A stretch of DNA of 64,000 nucleotides. It comes from Chiloscyllium plagiosum. Taxonomy: Eukaryota. The notes beneath the pieces are model-generated. The model saw only the letters and a program-made list of their open reading frames with translations, searched no databases and was not told the origin of the DNA. Below, in pieces: positions 52,386 through 64,000 of the stretch (within the stretch, counting starts at the first letter, position 1; every line of letters begins with the position of its first letter). A program made the position numbers and the translations under genes. The DNA is taken from assembly GCF_004010195.1 (NCBI RefSeq), contig NC_057720.1, positions 41,616,518-41,680,517 of the forward strand, written 5' to 3'.

Positions 52386-52959
52386 GTAGTTACTCACAAG
52401 TTTTTAATCTTCTCCTCAGTAATTCCATGCAATGTCCTTTTTTTCCAGAAAAACTGTGTTTTTACTGAATTGGGGAGGATGTGGCAGCTATCTGCATATT
52501 TCATACATGCACAAAAGGCTATTAATACATTCTGTATGTCGACCATTTTAATCCATAGCAAATCAGTCAAAGTCTTTTTATATTTGTTTTACATGTGGTC
52601 AGTAAATGTACCAATAATTTCAGCAAATAAGCTATCAAACTTGGCAGTAATCATATTTCAGCTATCCGTCCTTATTCATTTCTCCCATGGCTTGGTGTAA
52701 TTTTCATTGAATTGTTGGTCTCAAGACTCAGGTAATGTTCTGGGGACCAAAGTTCAAATCCCACCATGACAGATGATGGAATTTGAACTTTAAAATATTG
52801 TCCAATTTCAAATAAAGCTTGTATGCAGATCTTGTGAAATTGATGCGCTTGTTTATTTCACAATATCATGGGAAGAGGTCAATGACTGTTCAGGTACAGA
52901 ATGGCTGCTCTGCACTGATGAGTCATAACCTCTCCACAGGCATTATTGTTGTATCATCA

Positions 52960-53160
52960 TCGTCTTCCCAAACCATTTGGGCTGCTCTTTTATGAGAGAA
53001 GCGACTGGTGGTGATTTAAGCCACCAGACCTCAGGCAAGGGAAGAGGTTGAGAAGGGAAGTCCTTCATGGTAACCTCAAACGGTGATGGGAATTGAACCC
53101 TCGCTGTTGGCATCAAACTGCTCTGCAAACCAACAATCCAACCAACAGAGCTTAACCATA
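52960..53160 (-). mobile_element. tRNA-derived SINE
   Basis: Minus-strand B box GGTTCAATTCC; related tail fragment at about 15480-15550. Confidence 0.6.
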
Positions 53161-53649
53161 CCCTTACAGGTATATGCAGTTTATAAAGGGTTACAACTGG
53201 TTGATAGTTGATTACAGAACAATACAGGTCTAACTATGATAGATAGTATTAATATTAAAAGGGGTAGCAATACAAGTGGTCTGACTGCCTTGATTAGGTG
53301 AGCAATCAGTCGCATTCCATGCATCATGGCTCATGGTCTGTGGTCATCAATATTAAGTAGCTTGGAGAAATCTTGTCTGCGGGGCCATTGTTGTAGCCAG
53401 GGTTCCCCAAAGAGAGAAACCCTCAAACTGCTTTTCATGTTTTACCTCAAAGTTGAGTTGAAAGTATGTTGGTAGACGAAATTAAAATTTTAATGTCTTA
53501 ATTCTTCAGCCAAAGCTACTATGTGCTACATTACAAAAACTTCATGTTGTATAACTTCTGAGTTTTTTATGCTTACCAACATTTAATATAATATTTTATT
53601 CAAAGTTCAGGATTCTAAATTTATTATTCTGCCATTATCATTTTTCCAG

Positions 53650-53841
53650 ATCTACCAGCAGCACATCGGACTATGTAGAATAGAAGGTCTGCAGCCTCCA
53701 ACAATGTCCCAAACCATGTTGGTTTGTACAAAGCTTGGGGCCTGTCGTCTACTACTTGTTGAGTCTAGTAAAAATGATCTTTACATGCGAGTGCGATTAA
53801 ACGTTAGCCAGGATGATGTCATGTATGCTTTAAAAGAGTAA
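53650..53841 (+). CDS. ORC1: ORC1 exon 16 (last)
   Basis: [13 protein letters not shown]...[17 protein letters not shown]; the 16 exons sum to 2739 nt, in frame. Confidence 0.98.
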   Translation: MYQQHIGLCRIEGLQPPTMSQTMLVCTKLGACRLLLVESSKNDLYMRVRLNVSQDDVMYALKE

Positions 53842-53982
53842 TTTGTTAAATTTCTGTAATGCAATATGAACTGTACGATGCAGTTTTAATAATGTAATTC
53901 TTATCCAATATTAATCTTTTTAACAACTTTAGATTTTTCTATAGAAACCTTTAGGGACAATGTTATTTTAAGCTCTTTGTAT

Positions 53983-53988
53983 AATAAA
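53983..53988 (+). terminator. candidate ORC1 polyadenylation signal
   Basis: AATAAA about 140 nt after the stop, with GT/T-rich sequence downstream. Confidence 0.6.
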
Positions 53989-54164
53989 AAATTCTTAAAT
54001 CTGCATTACATGTTTTGGCATTTTCAATGGAGCTTAATACAAGACCACAAGTGCTGTATTACACTGTGCTATTTCTCTACATACTAAATGTTATTTATTT
54101 CCCACCTTATTCCCCATGCTAAACACTGTTTCTTAATAAAGGCAAGTAACATGTTCCTGCGCAG

Positions 54165-54560
54165 CCCGGATGGCTCAGTAGTTACCATTGTTGTCTCACA
54201 CCACCAGGAACCCAGGTTTCATTCCACCCTTGGGCAACTGTTTGTGTGGAGTTTGCACATTCTTCCAGTGTCTTCATGGGTTTCATCTGGTTTTCTCCCA
54301 CAAACTAAAGATGTGGAGATCTGATGGATTGGCTATGCTGTTTGCCTATTATTTACTTATCTATGCTACTTAACTATGTGATCTGCCTATATTGCTCACA
54401 AGACAAAGCTTTTCACTGTGCCTCGGTACACATAACAATAAATTCAATTCAATTGGCCCATAGTTTTCAGGGATGTGCAGACTGGATGGATTAGCCATGG
54501 GAAATGTGGGGTTACAGGTGGGTCAAGGTGGAATTCCCTACACTGTAGGGATTCTGTGAT
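54165..54560 (+). mobile_element. HE1-like SINE interrupted by a short LINE-tail insertion (about 54338-54450)
   Basis: A box and V-core present; the insert ends AATAAATTCAATTCAATT and the SINE tail then resumes. Confidence 0.75.
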
Positions 54561-54929
54561 TCCAAGTGAACTGTTAGATGCTGCAAGAAACCTGCCTGAG
54601 GGTGACTGCTTGTTTCCTTCCTGTGAAATGCTGAGTGTGTTATTATTTTTATGAATGAAAAATGCAAAATTTCTTTCAACCATGATATGGTCACTGACAG
54701 TAATATTTAGTTATTTAATTTTACCTTACCAGTGAAACAGAATGAACCCTTATCACCAAATATCTACAGGCTGAATCTTTTGATTTGTGGAGAGTGAAGT
54801 CAAACTCTGAGAATATGAGGTTTTGTAGATTGTGTCAAAATGCAATGAGTCCAAAGTTTGGAATATAGGTTTTTTAAAAAAATGCAATTTTATGATGTCT
54901 CTCAAAATAGAAATACTGTTCATTGGTTG

Positions 54930-55662
54930 TGCTAGCGCGGATGAAATGATATCAGTCCGAGCCCAGAGTGCGGTTCAACAATCGGTAACGTTTATTGATA
55001 CAGTACCACCGGCGGAGACCAACCGAGGTCCGAATCTGGGCTGTTCTGCTGTTCCCGCGTGCTGCTACACATTATATACCTTTCTTTGTCAGGATGTGAG
55101 GATTTTGAGTATGAATGGGATGAGAGTTCCCCATCATCGCTGGAGTAGGTGCAAATGGTGGGTTTCCTGCCGTCCCAGGAGAGTTGCAATGTACACACAA
55201 TAGGGTGCTAACTGGATTATGTAAACGGGTCTGGGTACTATCTACTTGTTTCTCTCTGTGATGGCTGGGGGCTAGCACCCCCCTTTGTTCCCTTGGGGTG
55301 CTGGTGTGTATTAGTCTGTTCGTTCTTGTCTGCTGGATGCCTGACCTTTGTGTCAGGATGGTTCTGTATTGATGAATATGGGTGTGTTTCAGTCAGTCTC
55401 TTGATTTGATTAGGAGGTGGGTTTCCATATTAATTAGCTCCGGAGTTTCGGTCTACGAGTCATGGTTAGTGTCTGGCCTAGCGTGGATCTGATCTGTCCT
55501 GTGGCTCCCATCTCCCGGTCACGTGGGCGGACCGGCAGCTCCTGAGTTCTGTGGGTTTAAGCTGCGGCTGCCGTTTTTAAAACACAAAATGAATTCCTAT
55601 AGTTTTACCAATGTAGGCATAGTCCCGTGGCAAATGCGGGGCGGCTCTGATATCCGCTTGCA
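54930..55662 (-). mobile_element. solo LTR (ERV class I or Gypsy-like), 733 bp, 4-bp TSD
   Basis: GTTG|TGCTAGCG...CGCTTGCA|GTTG; minus-strand TATATAA at about 55072-55078 and AATAAA at 54991-54996; CpG-rich. Confidence 0.85.
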
Positions 55663-56875
55663 GTTGTATATATTGCAATAAGATCATCCATGTTCAAAAT
55701 TGCCCCTTGTTTTCCATTAAAAACATTAAATTGTATGTAAGCCACTTTCTTAACATTAAATGCCCCAATTCATAGAAAACTTACTTTCACTGCACATTGG
55801 CAATTCTACACACCACAAACAAATGGGGAATGGAAACCAGTAACCTCATAAAAGAGCAACATTGAACTGGAGAAAGGCCAGGATGCAAATTTTGTGAGAT
55901 CTACTCCTTTACATGGGAGTTTTATACTCCTATAAACATTTTAGCTTGTGCATGGTGATTTAAATTTCTTGATTTTCCTGCTGAAGAAAAATAAACAAAG
56001 TTCATGTAGTTTGCTTTTGAATTATTTAGTACAACAATGGAGTAATTGTTTTGATTCTTAAATTGGTCTCTATCATCATGTCCAAACATCCAGATAAGGA
56101 AAATACAGTAGGAACAGTTTTGAGAACCTTGGCACCCAAATTCTCATGTTTTACCCAATTGTGTTTATATATACAAATTACACATGCACAGTTTTTTGGT
56201 CATTTCTGAATGTTGATCCAAATCATTGCTTTAATGTGGTCAATATAAACAGCCAGATCAACAAAGTATACTGTACTTCTAATTGGCTTGCTGTAAAAAA
56301 ACTGCTACTGTTTTTATTCAGATGGTACAAAGTGGAAAAGGCAACAAATATTTGTAGCTCTTTATTTAAGTGTGCTGAATCATGCCTTAATGAGCTACAA
56401 AAGGTAATATTGACAAATGTAGACGAACACAGGAATCTTAAATGTTCAATGTATCTAACAGTCCTGAGTTCATGGAAAGGCATTGAATGAGAGTTGATGG
56501 TCAAACTATAGTCAAGTGATACAGTCAGTGGTATATATTTCTAAGGAAATGTTAAATTGAGATCTACTTTCCACCGTAAATTGATGGAAAAGATCTTGTA
56601 GCAATATTCAAAGAGTAGGGATCCCCCAACACCAGTGAAACATGTTCCATATGTAGTGTTACATGTGATGTACAATACAAAACCGGTGACTAGGCCAAAC
56701 CAGGTCATGCTCCATTTCAGTTTCCATCTTTTCCCTTATAAATCAATCATGGGAACTATTTCCTTATCCCACACTGTTTAGTTGTTTCCACAAACATTTA
56801 CTTGTTCATCTTTTCCTCTGAGATGTTTGCTGATCATTTGGCTGCCACCAAGCAAGCGGCTATGAAAATACATTA

Positions 56876-57560
56876 GATAAAAGCAAATTACTGCAGATGC
56901 TAGAATTTGAAACCAAAAGAGAAAATGCTGGAAAATCTCAGCAGGTCTGGCAGTATCTGGAAGGAGAGAAGAGCTGATGTTTCGAGTCGAACTGACCCTT
57001 GTCAAAGCTTTAAAAAAAAGGGGAGAAATAGGAAGGTATTTATATGAGGCTGAGAGGTGAGTCATGGCTCCAGAAGCAAAGATAGCAATAAAGAGATGAT
57101 AATGACAGCGTATAGGGAGATTAGGAGCTGTGAATGACCAAGGCTGAAGCCAGTGCTGCGTGACAAAATATGGGGGCGGGGGCGGAAGGGTGAAGCAGAG
57201 GCAAAATGGAAAACAGGGGAGAAGGGTAGCAAAGGGAGAAGAGGAGAGAAAAAAGTGATGAGAGAGTGGGGAGCGAGAGAAAGGGAGACAATCAAGAAAT
57301 AAGAGGTACAGAAGTGAAAAAAAATATTAAAAAGATAAATGAAATAAAATTATCTGAAGTTGTTGAATTCAATGTTGAGACCGGTAGGCTGTAACGTGCC
57401 TAATCGGAAGATGAGATGCTGTTCTTCCAGTTTGCGTTGAGCTTCACTGGAACATTGCAGCAGGCCAAAGACAGACATGTGGGCATGGGAGCAGGAGTGT
57501 GGTTGAAGTGGCAAGCCACAGGGAAGGTCCGGGTCCTGACTGCATATGTTGGTAGCCTGA
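56876..57560 (-). mobile_element. Penelope-like fragment
   Basis: Minus strand encodes HFNH...EEQHLIFRLGTLQPTGLNIEFNNF, a pyrimidine-rich UTR, a decayed hammerhead and the tail. Confidence 0.8.
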
Positions 57561-57599
57561 AGGTCACAAACATGCTAAATGAATGCAAATCTTTTTCAC

Positions 57600-57952
57600 T
57601 CGAAAATCGAGCGCCCTGCCGCTTTCAATATATTGTGTTAAAGCAGAAGTGGTAAGCGACGTGAAAGGTTTGCAAAGATCAATGATGGGGCGAAGCGGAC
57701 CGGACAGAATAAACGTGTTGTATTGAGTTTGCGCAGAATCAACCGCCGGACGCGCGCGTTGTTGGACGAAAGTGGCGCCTCGGGCCCAGACTCTCCCTGT
57801 GGGGTTAACGTGTTCACCACTCCGTCCTCCTGACTCCGTCACGTACAGCGTCAGTTGGCGGAAGTTGTTGTTTTTAAACCCGACAGCTTGTTTTTTTCTT
57901 CTCTATCTGCTGCTGTTAAGTTTCTAGTGGGTTCGCGCCTGTCAGATGTACC
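57600..57952 (+). promoter_or_regulatory. CpG-rich promoter / 5' UTR of CC2D1B
   Basis: CpG-dense; ETS-like CGGAAGT near 57859 and CRE-like CGTCACGT near 57837. Confidence 0.7.
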
Positions 57953-58018
57953 ATGTTTGCAGGAAAAACCAAGAAGAAGCCGCCGAGCAAAGGCCAAGGA
58001 GTAGCAACTGCCAAGCAA
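57953..58018 (+). CDS. CC2D1B: coiled-coil and C2 domain-containing 1B, coding exon 1
   Basis: MFAGKTKKKPPSKGQGVATAKQ followed by GTGAGC; matches the CC2D1 GQGVAAAKQ motif; synteny with ORC1. Confidence 0.88.
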
Positions 58019-60334
58019 GTGAGCACGATAATGACTTGAAGAATGAGAACAACTTGGTTATTACTTTTCAGTGCGTTTCCGGCAGAAATGTGCGGGTCTG
58101 GCGGCGGGCAGTGTGCTGTGAAATGTTTCTATAGTGTTTCACAATATTATTAACTTAAAATTGTTTATCAGCCGCCCCTCCCAATATGACAGTAAATCGA
58201 AAAGCTGTGAATGCTGGACATCTGAATTAAAATTAGAAATTGCTGGAGAAACTCAGAACTGAAAGCTTCTGGGGTGAAAACAGTTCCGATGAAGAGTCAC
58301 CGGGCTCGAAGCGCTGACTTGCATTCTTTTCATTGATGCTCACAGACTTACTGAGTATCTCCAGCAATTGCTGGTTTTGTTTCACCCTCTTATAAATTAC
58401 ATTTTACACTTATCTCAGGCATTTTAAAATTGCTCCAATACCTTTAGTTTAAAATACACGCTCATATTGTCATAGTGAGCTAATCTTATTTTGAAAAGAA
58501 ACCAAGTGCCGTTTACGTTTTACAGATTGGTGTTACTGCAAGGCGACAGGTGTGTCATGTCATATGATTAGGTGGGATGTTATTAAACATCTTATTGAAC
58601 ATTGTAGAATATCCACCAGTGATATCGAACACTTTTATTCTATACATTTGTTCTATAAATTCTTTTAAGATTATAGAGCTATTTGTGATATAAAATGCAA
58701 AGATTTTTCTGGGCCTTCAGGAATTAGTGCAATCCCTGTATTGATAGTGTTCCCATAAACCAGAGAACCTCCGGTTTTTGAGCCGTTAATAGTGGTGATC
58801 CATGTCAAGGAAATGAATGCATGTGGCTTATACTCAAACTTAGGGATGCAAGCATTGGGAAATAGAGCTTGACCAATTTAGGCAACAGCGGGCACTCGGG
58901 TGGGGTGGGGGGCACACCTGAGTGGTTAACTGCCTTAACTACAGGCCTTATTCCCAACTCCAGAAATGTATCTTTATGTACCACTATGCTGCTTACATTT
59001 CTAGCGTCAACAATCTTTAATTTTTATTCAGCAACTGGGTGTAATTGCCAATGTTTGTAAACATAGCACTACAATTAACTAGATTAATACTGACCAGAGG
59101 GTTAGTGCAACTGCAGACAAGGAAATCTTATCCTGTTTGTTTGAGTTTGACTTGAATCCAGGCCCAGTGGCAAAATGCAACAAGTAATTATTAGTGTACA
59201 ATGTAATTTTAAAGTTAAATCTGTAATTTTATATTTTAAGCATTTTCACTTTTTTTCATTATGGCTTGTGTCCTTGTATGCTAGCTGGCACGTGAGTACA
59301 GATATTTCCATATAGTAAAGTGGTAATATTTGCTAAATACTGGGTACATTTCAATTAGATGGGAAGTAGAGGTGGCTAGATTACCTGCAGCACAAATATT
59401 TAGGGGCCCCTCTTGTGGCATGGTGGGAGTGTCTCTACCCCTGGACTAGGCTCAAGTCCGACCTGTTCTGGAAGTGTATATTAACACTTTTCTGGACAGG
59501 TTGATAAGGAAAATGGGTTAGTTGGATTTTTAAAAAAAGTTTATCAGTTGCAGGTAGGTGTTATACAGTGGATGAGAGTTCACATGGTCCTCCAGAAAGA
59601 TTCAGGTATGTTTGAATAATTTGTTACTTCCTGAAATTCTGTTAAGGGCCCCTAAATGACTACAGTAGTGAGCATTGTATGCCTTGGTGACTTCATGTTT
59701 GATTCCCAAATTATGGGAAATTAAATGGATCCCAGCCTAAAAACAAAAAATCAGCTAAATTCCTGTGCATCATCACTGTTTAGAGAACTCACGCAGAAGA
59801 TACTTAATGATGACAAGGCGCTTCAGTTAGTCTCTTTTGTCACGTGATTATTTTCAATCCCGGCCAATGCAAGAGCAGTTGCCTTTTGACCAAGGTTACA
59901 GAGAAATTCTCTACAAATGTTCCCTAACACAAGCTACAATTTCCAGAAGAAAATTAGAAAGGAAAACCAAGATCTCTTTCTGCAAAACAGCGCATGAAAC
60001 ATTACAAACAAACCTAAAATGAGAACATAATGTCATTGGTGAGAGTAGGGTTAGAAATATTGTCAGGTGTTCTGAGTTTTATTATATGCTAAAGCATTGG
60101 AGAAAGTGATGAAAAATTACTATAATACCAGAACTGAGAAGGTACATCTTTCAGAGAAAAAAAATGAACAAATTGAGCAAGTGATCCCTCAGTGATGAAG
60201 AAAATTATGAAAAAGGTTTGATAGGGTAAATGTCAGGAGATAATTTTCTTCCTGCAGGTGAGGCCAGAGGTAAGAACCATAAATGTAATATAATTGCTAA
60301 AAAAAATCCAGAAGTGATTTTTTTTTAAACTCAT

Positions 60335-62405
60335 TCATGGGATGTGAGCATAACTGGCTGGCCAGCATTTGTTTCCTGTTCCTAGTTGCCGTTGAGAAGT
60401 TGATGGTGAGCTGCCATTTTAAACTGCTGTAGTCCACCTGCTGTGGGTTGACCACAGTGCTGTAAGGGAAGGATTTCCAGGATTTTGACCGGCAACAGTA
60501 AAGGAGCAGTGATATGTTTCCAAGTCAAGATGGTGGGTGACTTGGAGGGGAACTTGCAGGTGGTGGTAGTTCCTATGTATCTGCTACCCTTGCCCTTCTA
60601 TATGGAACTGGTTGTGGGTTTGGAAAGTGTTGTCTGAGGATCTTCATGATGATGGTCAGACTTTGAGGAGTTAGCTGGTGAGTTACTCACCACAGTATTC
60701 ATAGCCTTTGACCTACTCTTGTTGCTGCTGTGTTTGTGTGATGAGTCCAGTTGAGGTTCTGGTCAGTGGTAACCCCTAGGATCTTGACTGTGGGGATATC
60801 AGTGATGATAGTGCCATTGAATGTCAAGGGACAGTGGTTAAATTATGTCTTATTGGAAATGGTCATTGCCTGGCATTTTTGTAGCACAATTATTACTTGC
60901 CACTTGTCAGCCTAAGCCTGGATATTATGCAGATCTTGTTGCATTTGAACGTAGACTGCTTCTAACGAGCCACGAATGGTACTGAGTATTGTGCACTCAT
61001 CAGCAAACATCCCACTTCTGACCTTGTAATTGAAGCAGCTGAACATTGGTTGGGCCCTGGACACTACACTGAGGAACTCCTACCGAGAGATCCTGGAACT
61101 GAAATAACTGATCTCCAACAACCACAACCATCTTCCTATGTATTAGGTATGACTCCAACCAGTGGAGAGTTTGCTCCCTGACAGTCATTGATTCCCGATT
61201 TGATAATGTTCCATCATAAGGTGAGAAGTTTACCATCTACAAGGCAGAAGTAAATAGCGTGCTTTAATACTTAGCACTTGCCTCAGTGAATGCAATAGCA
61301 CTTCAGAAGCTTGATACCATCCAGGACACAGTAGCCCACTGATCTCAGTAGCAGTAGTGTGTACCTGTCAGAGAAATTAGCCCAATAAAGCAGAGATCAC
61401 GCTAGCCAGATCAAGTGAAATTGATACGCTGGAAGAGAAATTGACGAGTCTGACACAGAACTGACAGCGTGTATTGGTAGATAAAGGATTCTCTTCCCCG
61501 AGCTGTGAATCAAACTAGGTTTTATAGGAATCCTGTACGATGATGTTAATTAAAAATAGGGAGCATATAATGTATTTGATAATTAAGTAATCCAGTTACG
61601 ATGGTGATAATCACAAAGCAGTTATCAGAAGAATGTCCTGGTTGTAGATGCAATGTGGCATCCTGGCAGCATCAATCAGTTCTTAATGGGATCAGGAGAT
61701 TCCACCTCTCTTCGAGGGTAGGTGAGAATGTCCCTTTTAAAGCAGTAAGACGTTTGCATTGTTTCTCTCCTGTGAGCGAGGTATTCTGGTGCCTCTCCAT
61801 CTGACCTGTCCTTTGTGTGGCTTTGGTATCACTGGGGTACGAGACTGCCCTTAGGGCTTTGGGACAGCTGTGTTGGATCGGGTCCAGGAAGTTTATTGTT
61901 GGTTTGTCTTGGGAAGTATATTCCCTGATCTGCGAGTGACTGTGGTCATGTCTGGTTTCTCTTGTCAGCTTGTTTGGTCAATGCTGAGGCATTCTTGTAT
62001 AGTTTGGACAGGCCTGATTTTCTGTGTTCTGTTGTGGCCAAAATGTGGGTAGGCAGGGTGGCAGATCTTTTCCCATAGTGCTATCTACAAGATGCACAGC
62101 AGAAATTCAAAGATCCTTCGACAGCACTATCCATACATGCAACCACAATCATCTAGAAGGGCAAAGGCAGCACATACCTGGGAATACTACCACCTGCAAG
62201 TTTCCTCAAAGCCATTCACCCCCTTGATTTGGAAATATATTGTTGTTCTTTGCGTTGTTTAGTTCAAATCTTTGAATTCTCTTCTTAATGGCAGTGTGGG
62301 TCTAGCTGTAGTACATAGTCTGCATTTGTTCATCAAGAAGGCAGCTCACCACCCAAGGATAACTAGTGATGGCCCAGCCAGCAATGCCCATATTTCACAA
62401 GTGAT
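60335..62405. mobile_element. two oppositely oriented old L2/CR1-clade LINE fragments
   Basis: Minus part has WLESYL and GVPQCSVQGP remnants; the plus part (about 61215-62405) ends in the reverse complement of the 60340 tail. Confidence 0.65.
61366..62080. mobile_element. about 710-bp LTR-like insertion inside LINE tail
   Basis: Splits host GTGTGTACC|ATCTACAAGATGCAC; starts with TGT; right end and TSD unclear. Confidence 0.5.
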
Positions 62406-62771
62406 TGCTTAAAAATTATACATTAGGTCTTTTTAACAACAAAATTTGGGATAAAAGAACAGGAGCATATGTTGATGGTAGGATTTGAGTGGAGCATAAG
62501 CAGTTTTTTTGGGCTGAATGGCTTACTTCTGTGCTGTATGTATGTAATACAACACAGTACACTGGTTGCAGTCTGCTATATGTGCATACCCCCATTTGTT
62601 TTCCATTAACTGGGTGAGAATATAAATTTTGATGGAAAGAATATGATGTAAAGAAATGCAACTAAGAGGCATTTATTTACTGTTGACATAATTGCAGTTA
62701 ACTTCGTTATATATTCCAGGTTAATTAGTAACTGTATGAATGTTTTATGACACTGATCTTTTTTGACACAG

Positions 62772-62907
62772 CTTGGCCTGTTTGTAGACTTCTCGCCTGA
62801 GGATATGATGATGAATACAAATGGGGATGATGATGGAGACCTGGAAGCAGAATTAGCTGAAATAACTGGAAAGAAGTCTGTTACTAAACCAAAGTCTAAA
62901 GGCAAAT
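62772..62907 (+). CDS. CC2D1B: CC2D1B coding exon 2 (gene continues beyond window)
   Basis: LGLFVDFSPEDMMMNTNGDDDGDLEAELAEITG; CAG acceptor; donor inferred as GTTGGT. Confidence 0.9.
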
Positions 62908-63009
62908 GTTGGTATACTTTTTTTAAAAATCTGGTTTACTGGTTTAACCTTGTTTGTAATTTAATAGCAACTATTATTTCCTGAAAGCCTTCATTTTAAA
63001 AAAAAAAGT

Positions 63010-64000
63010 TTAAGAAGGGCGGTAAAGACAAGCCAGGGAACTGTAGACAGGTGAGCCTGACCTCTGATGGGCAAGTTGTTGGAGGGAATCCTGGAATCCT
63101 GAGGGACACGATGTACGTGTATTTGGAAAGGCAAGGACTGATTCGGGGTAGTCAACATGGTTTTGTGTGTGGGAAATCATGTCTCGCAAACTTGATTGAG
63201 TTTTGTGAAGAAGTAACAAAGAGGATTGATGAGGGCAGAGCAGTAGATGTAATCTACATAGACTTCAGTAAGGCGTTCAACAAGGTTCCCCATGGGAGAC
63301 TGATTAGCAAGGTTAGATCTCATGGAATACAGGGAGAACTAGCCATTTGAATACAGAACTGGCTCAAAAGTAGAAGACAGAGGATGGTGGTGGAGGGTTG
63401 GTTTTTAGACTGTAGGCCTGTGACCAGTGGAGTGCCACAAGGATCGGTGCTGGGCCCTCTACTTTTTGTCATTTACATAAATGATTTGGATGCGAGCATA
63501 AGAGGTACAGTTAGTAATTTTGCTGATGACACCAAAATTGGAGGTGTAGTGGACAGAAAAGAGGGTTACCTCAGATTACAACAGGATCTGGATCACATGG
63601 GCCAATGGGCTGAGAAGTGGCAGATGGAGTTTAATTCAGATAAATGCGTTGTGCTGTTTTTTTGGGAAAGCAAATCTTAGCAGGACTTATACACTATATG
63701 GTAAGGTCCTAGGGAGTGTTGCTGAACAAAGAGTGCAGGTTCATAGCTCCTTGAAAGTGGAGTCGCAGGTAGATAGGATAGTGAAGGCGGCATTTGGTAT
63801 GCTTTCCTTTATTGGTCAGAGTATTGAGTACAGGAGTTGGGAGGTCATGTTGCGTCTGTACAGGACATTTGTTAGGCCACTGTTGGAATATTGCATGCAG
63901 TTCTGGTCTCCTTCCTGTCGGAAAAATGTTGTGAAATTTGAAAGGGTTCAGAAAAGATTTACGAGGATGTTGCCAGGATTGGATGATCTGAGCTGCAGGG
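63010..64000 (+). mobile_element. CR1 LINE fragment running off the window
   Basis: SQHGF, DFSKAFNKVPH, SGVPQGSVLGP and FADDTK. Confidence 0.95.

Noticed and set aside
52885-53450. Possible old LTR surrounding the SINE in ORC1 intron 15
   Set aside because: No convincing termini or TSD found.
62912-62920. U12-type donor GTATACTTT in CC2D1B
   Set aside because: Mismatch to the GTATCCTT consensus; the upstream GTTGGT donor is more plausible and the next exon is outside the window.

Overview
Vertebrate genomic DNA, most likely a shark: HE1/V-SINE, CR1 and Penelope repeats dominate. It covers the conserved block PRPF38A (-; 10 coding exons, 939 nt, 312 aa, complete), ORC1 (+; 16 coding exons, about 912 aa, complete) and CC2D1B (+; first two coding exons). 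PRPF38A and ORC1 lie head-to-head with ATGs about 510 bp apart; the shared promoter carries a 35-bp minisatellite of CTCF-like motifs and an inverted pair of E2F sites. Introns hold decayed CR1/L2 LINEs, SINEs and many Penelope-derived, often fold-back insertions carrying minimal hammerhead-ribozyme cores. The most unusual element is a 644-bp TG...CA insertion with a 5-bp target-site duplication and a perfect 238-bp inverted repeat in ORC1 intron 14. There is also a young solo LTR downstream of ORC1, a complex inverted-plus-direct duplication in ORC1 intron 1, and one 956-N assembly gap. All calls come from reading the sequence by eye; repeat boundaries without TSDs are approximate.
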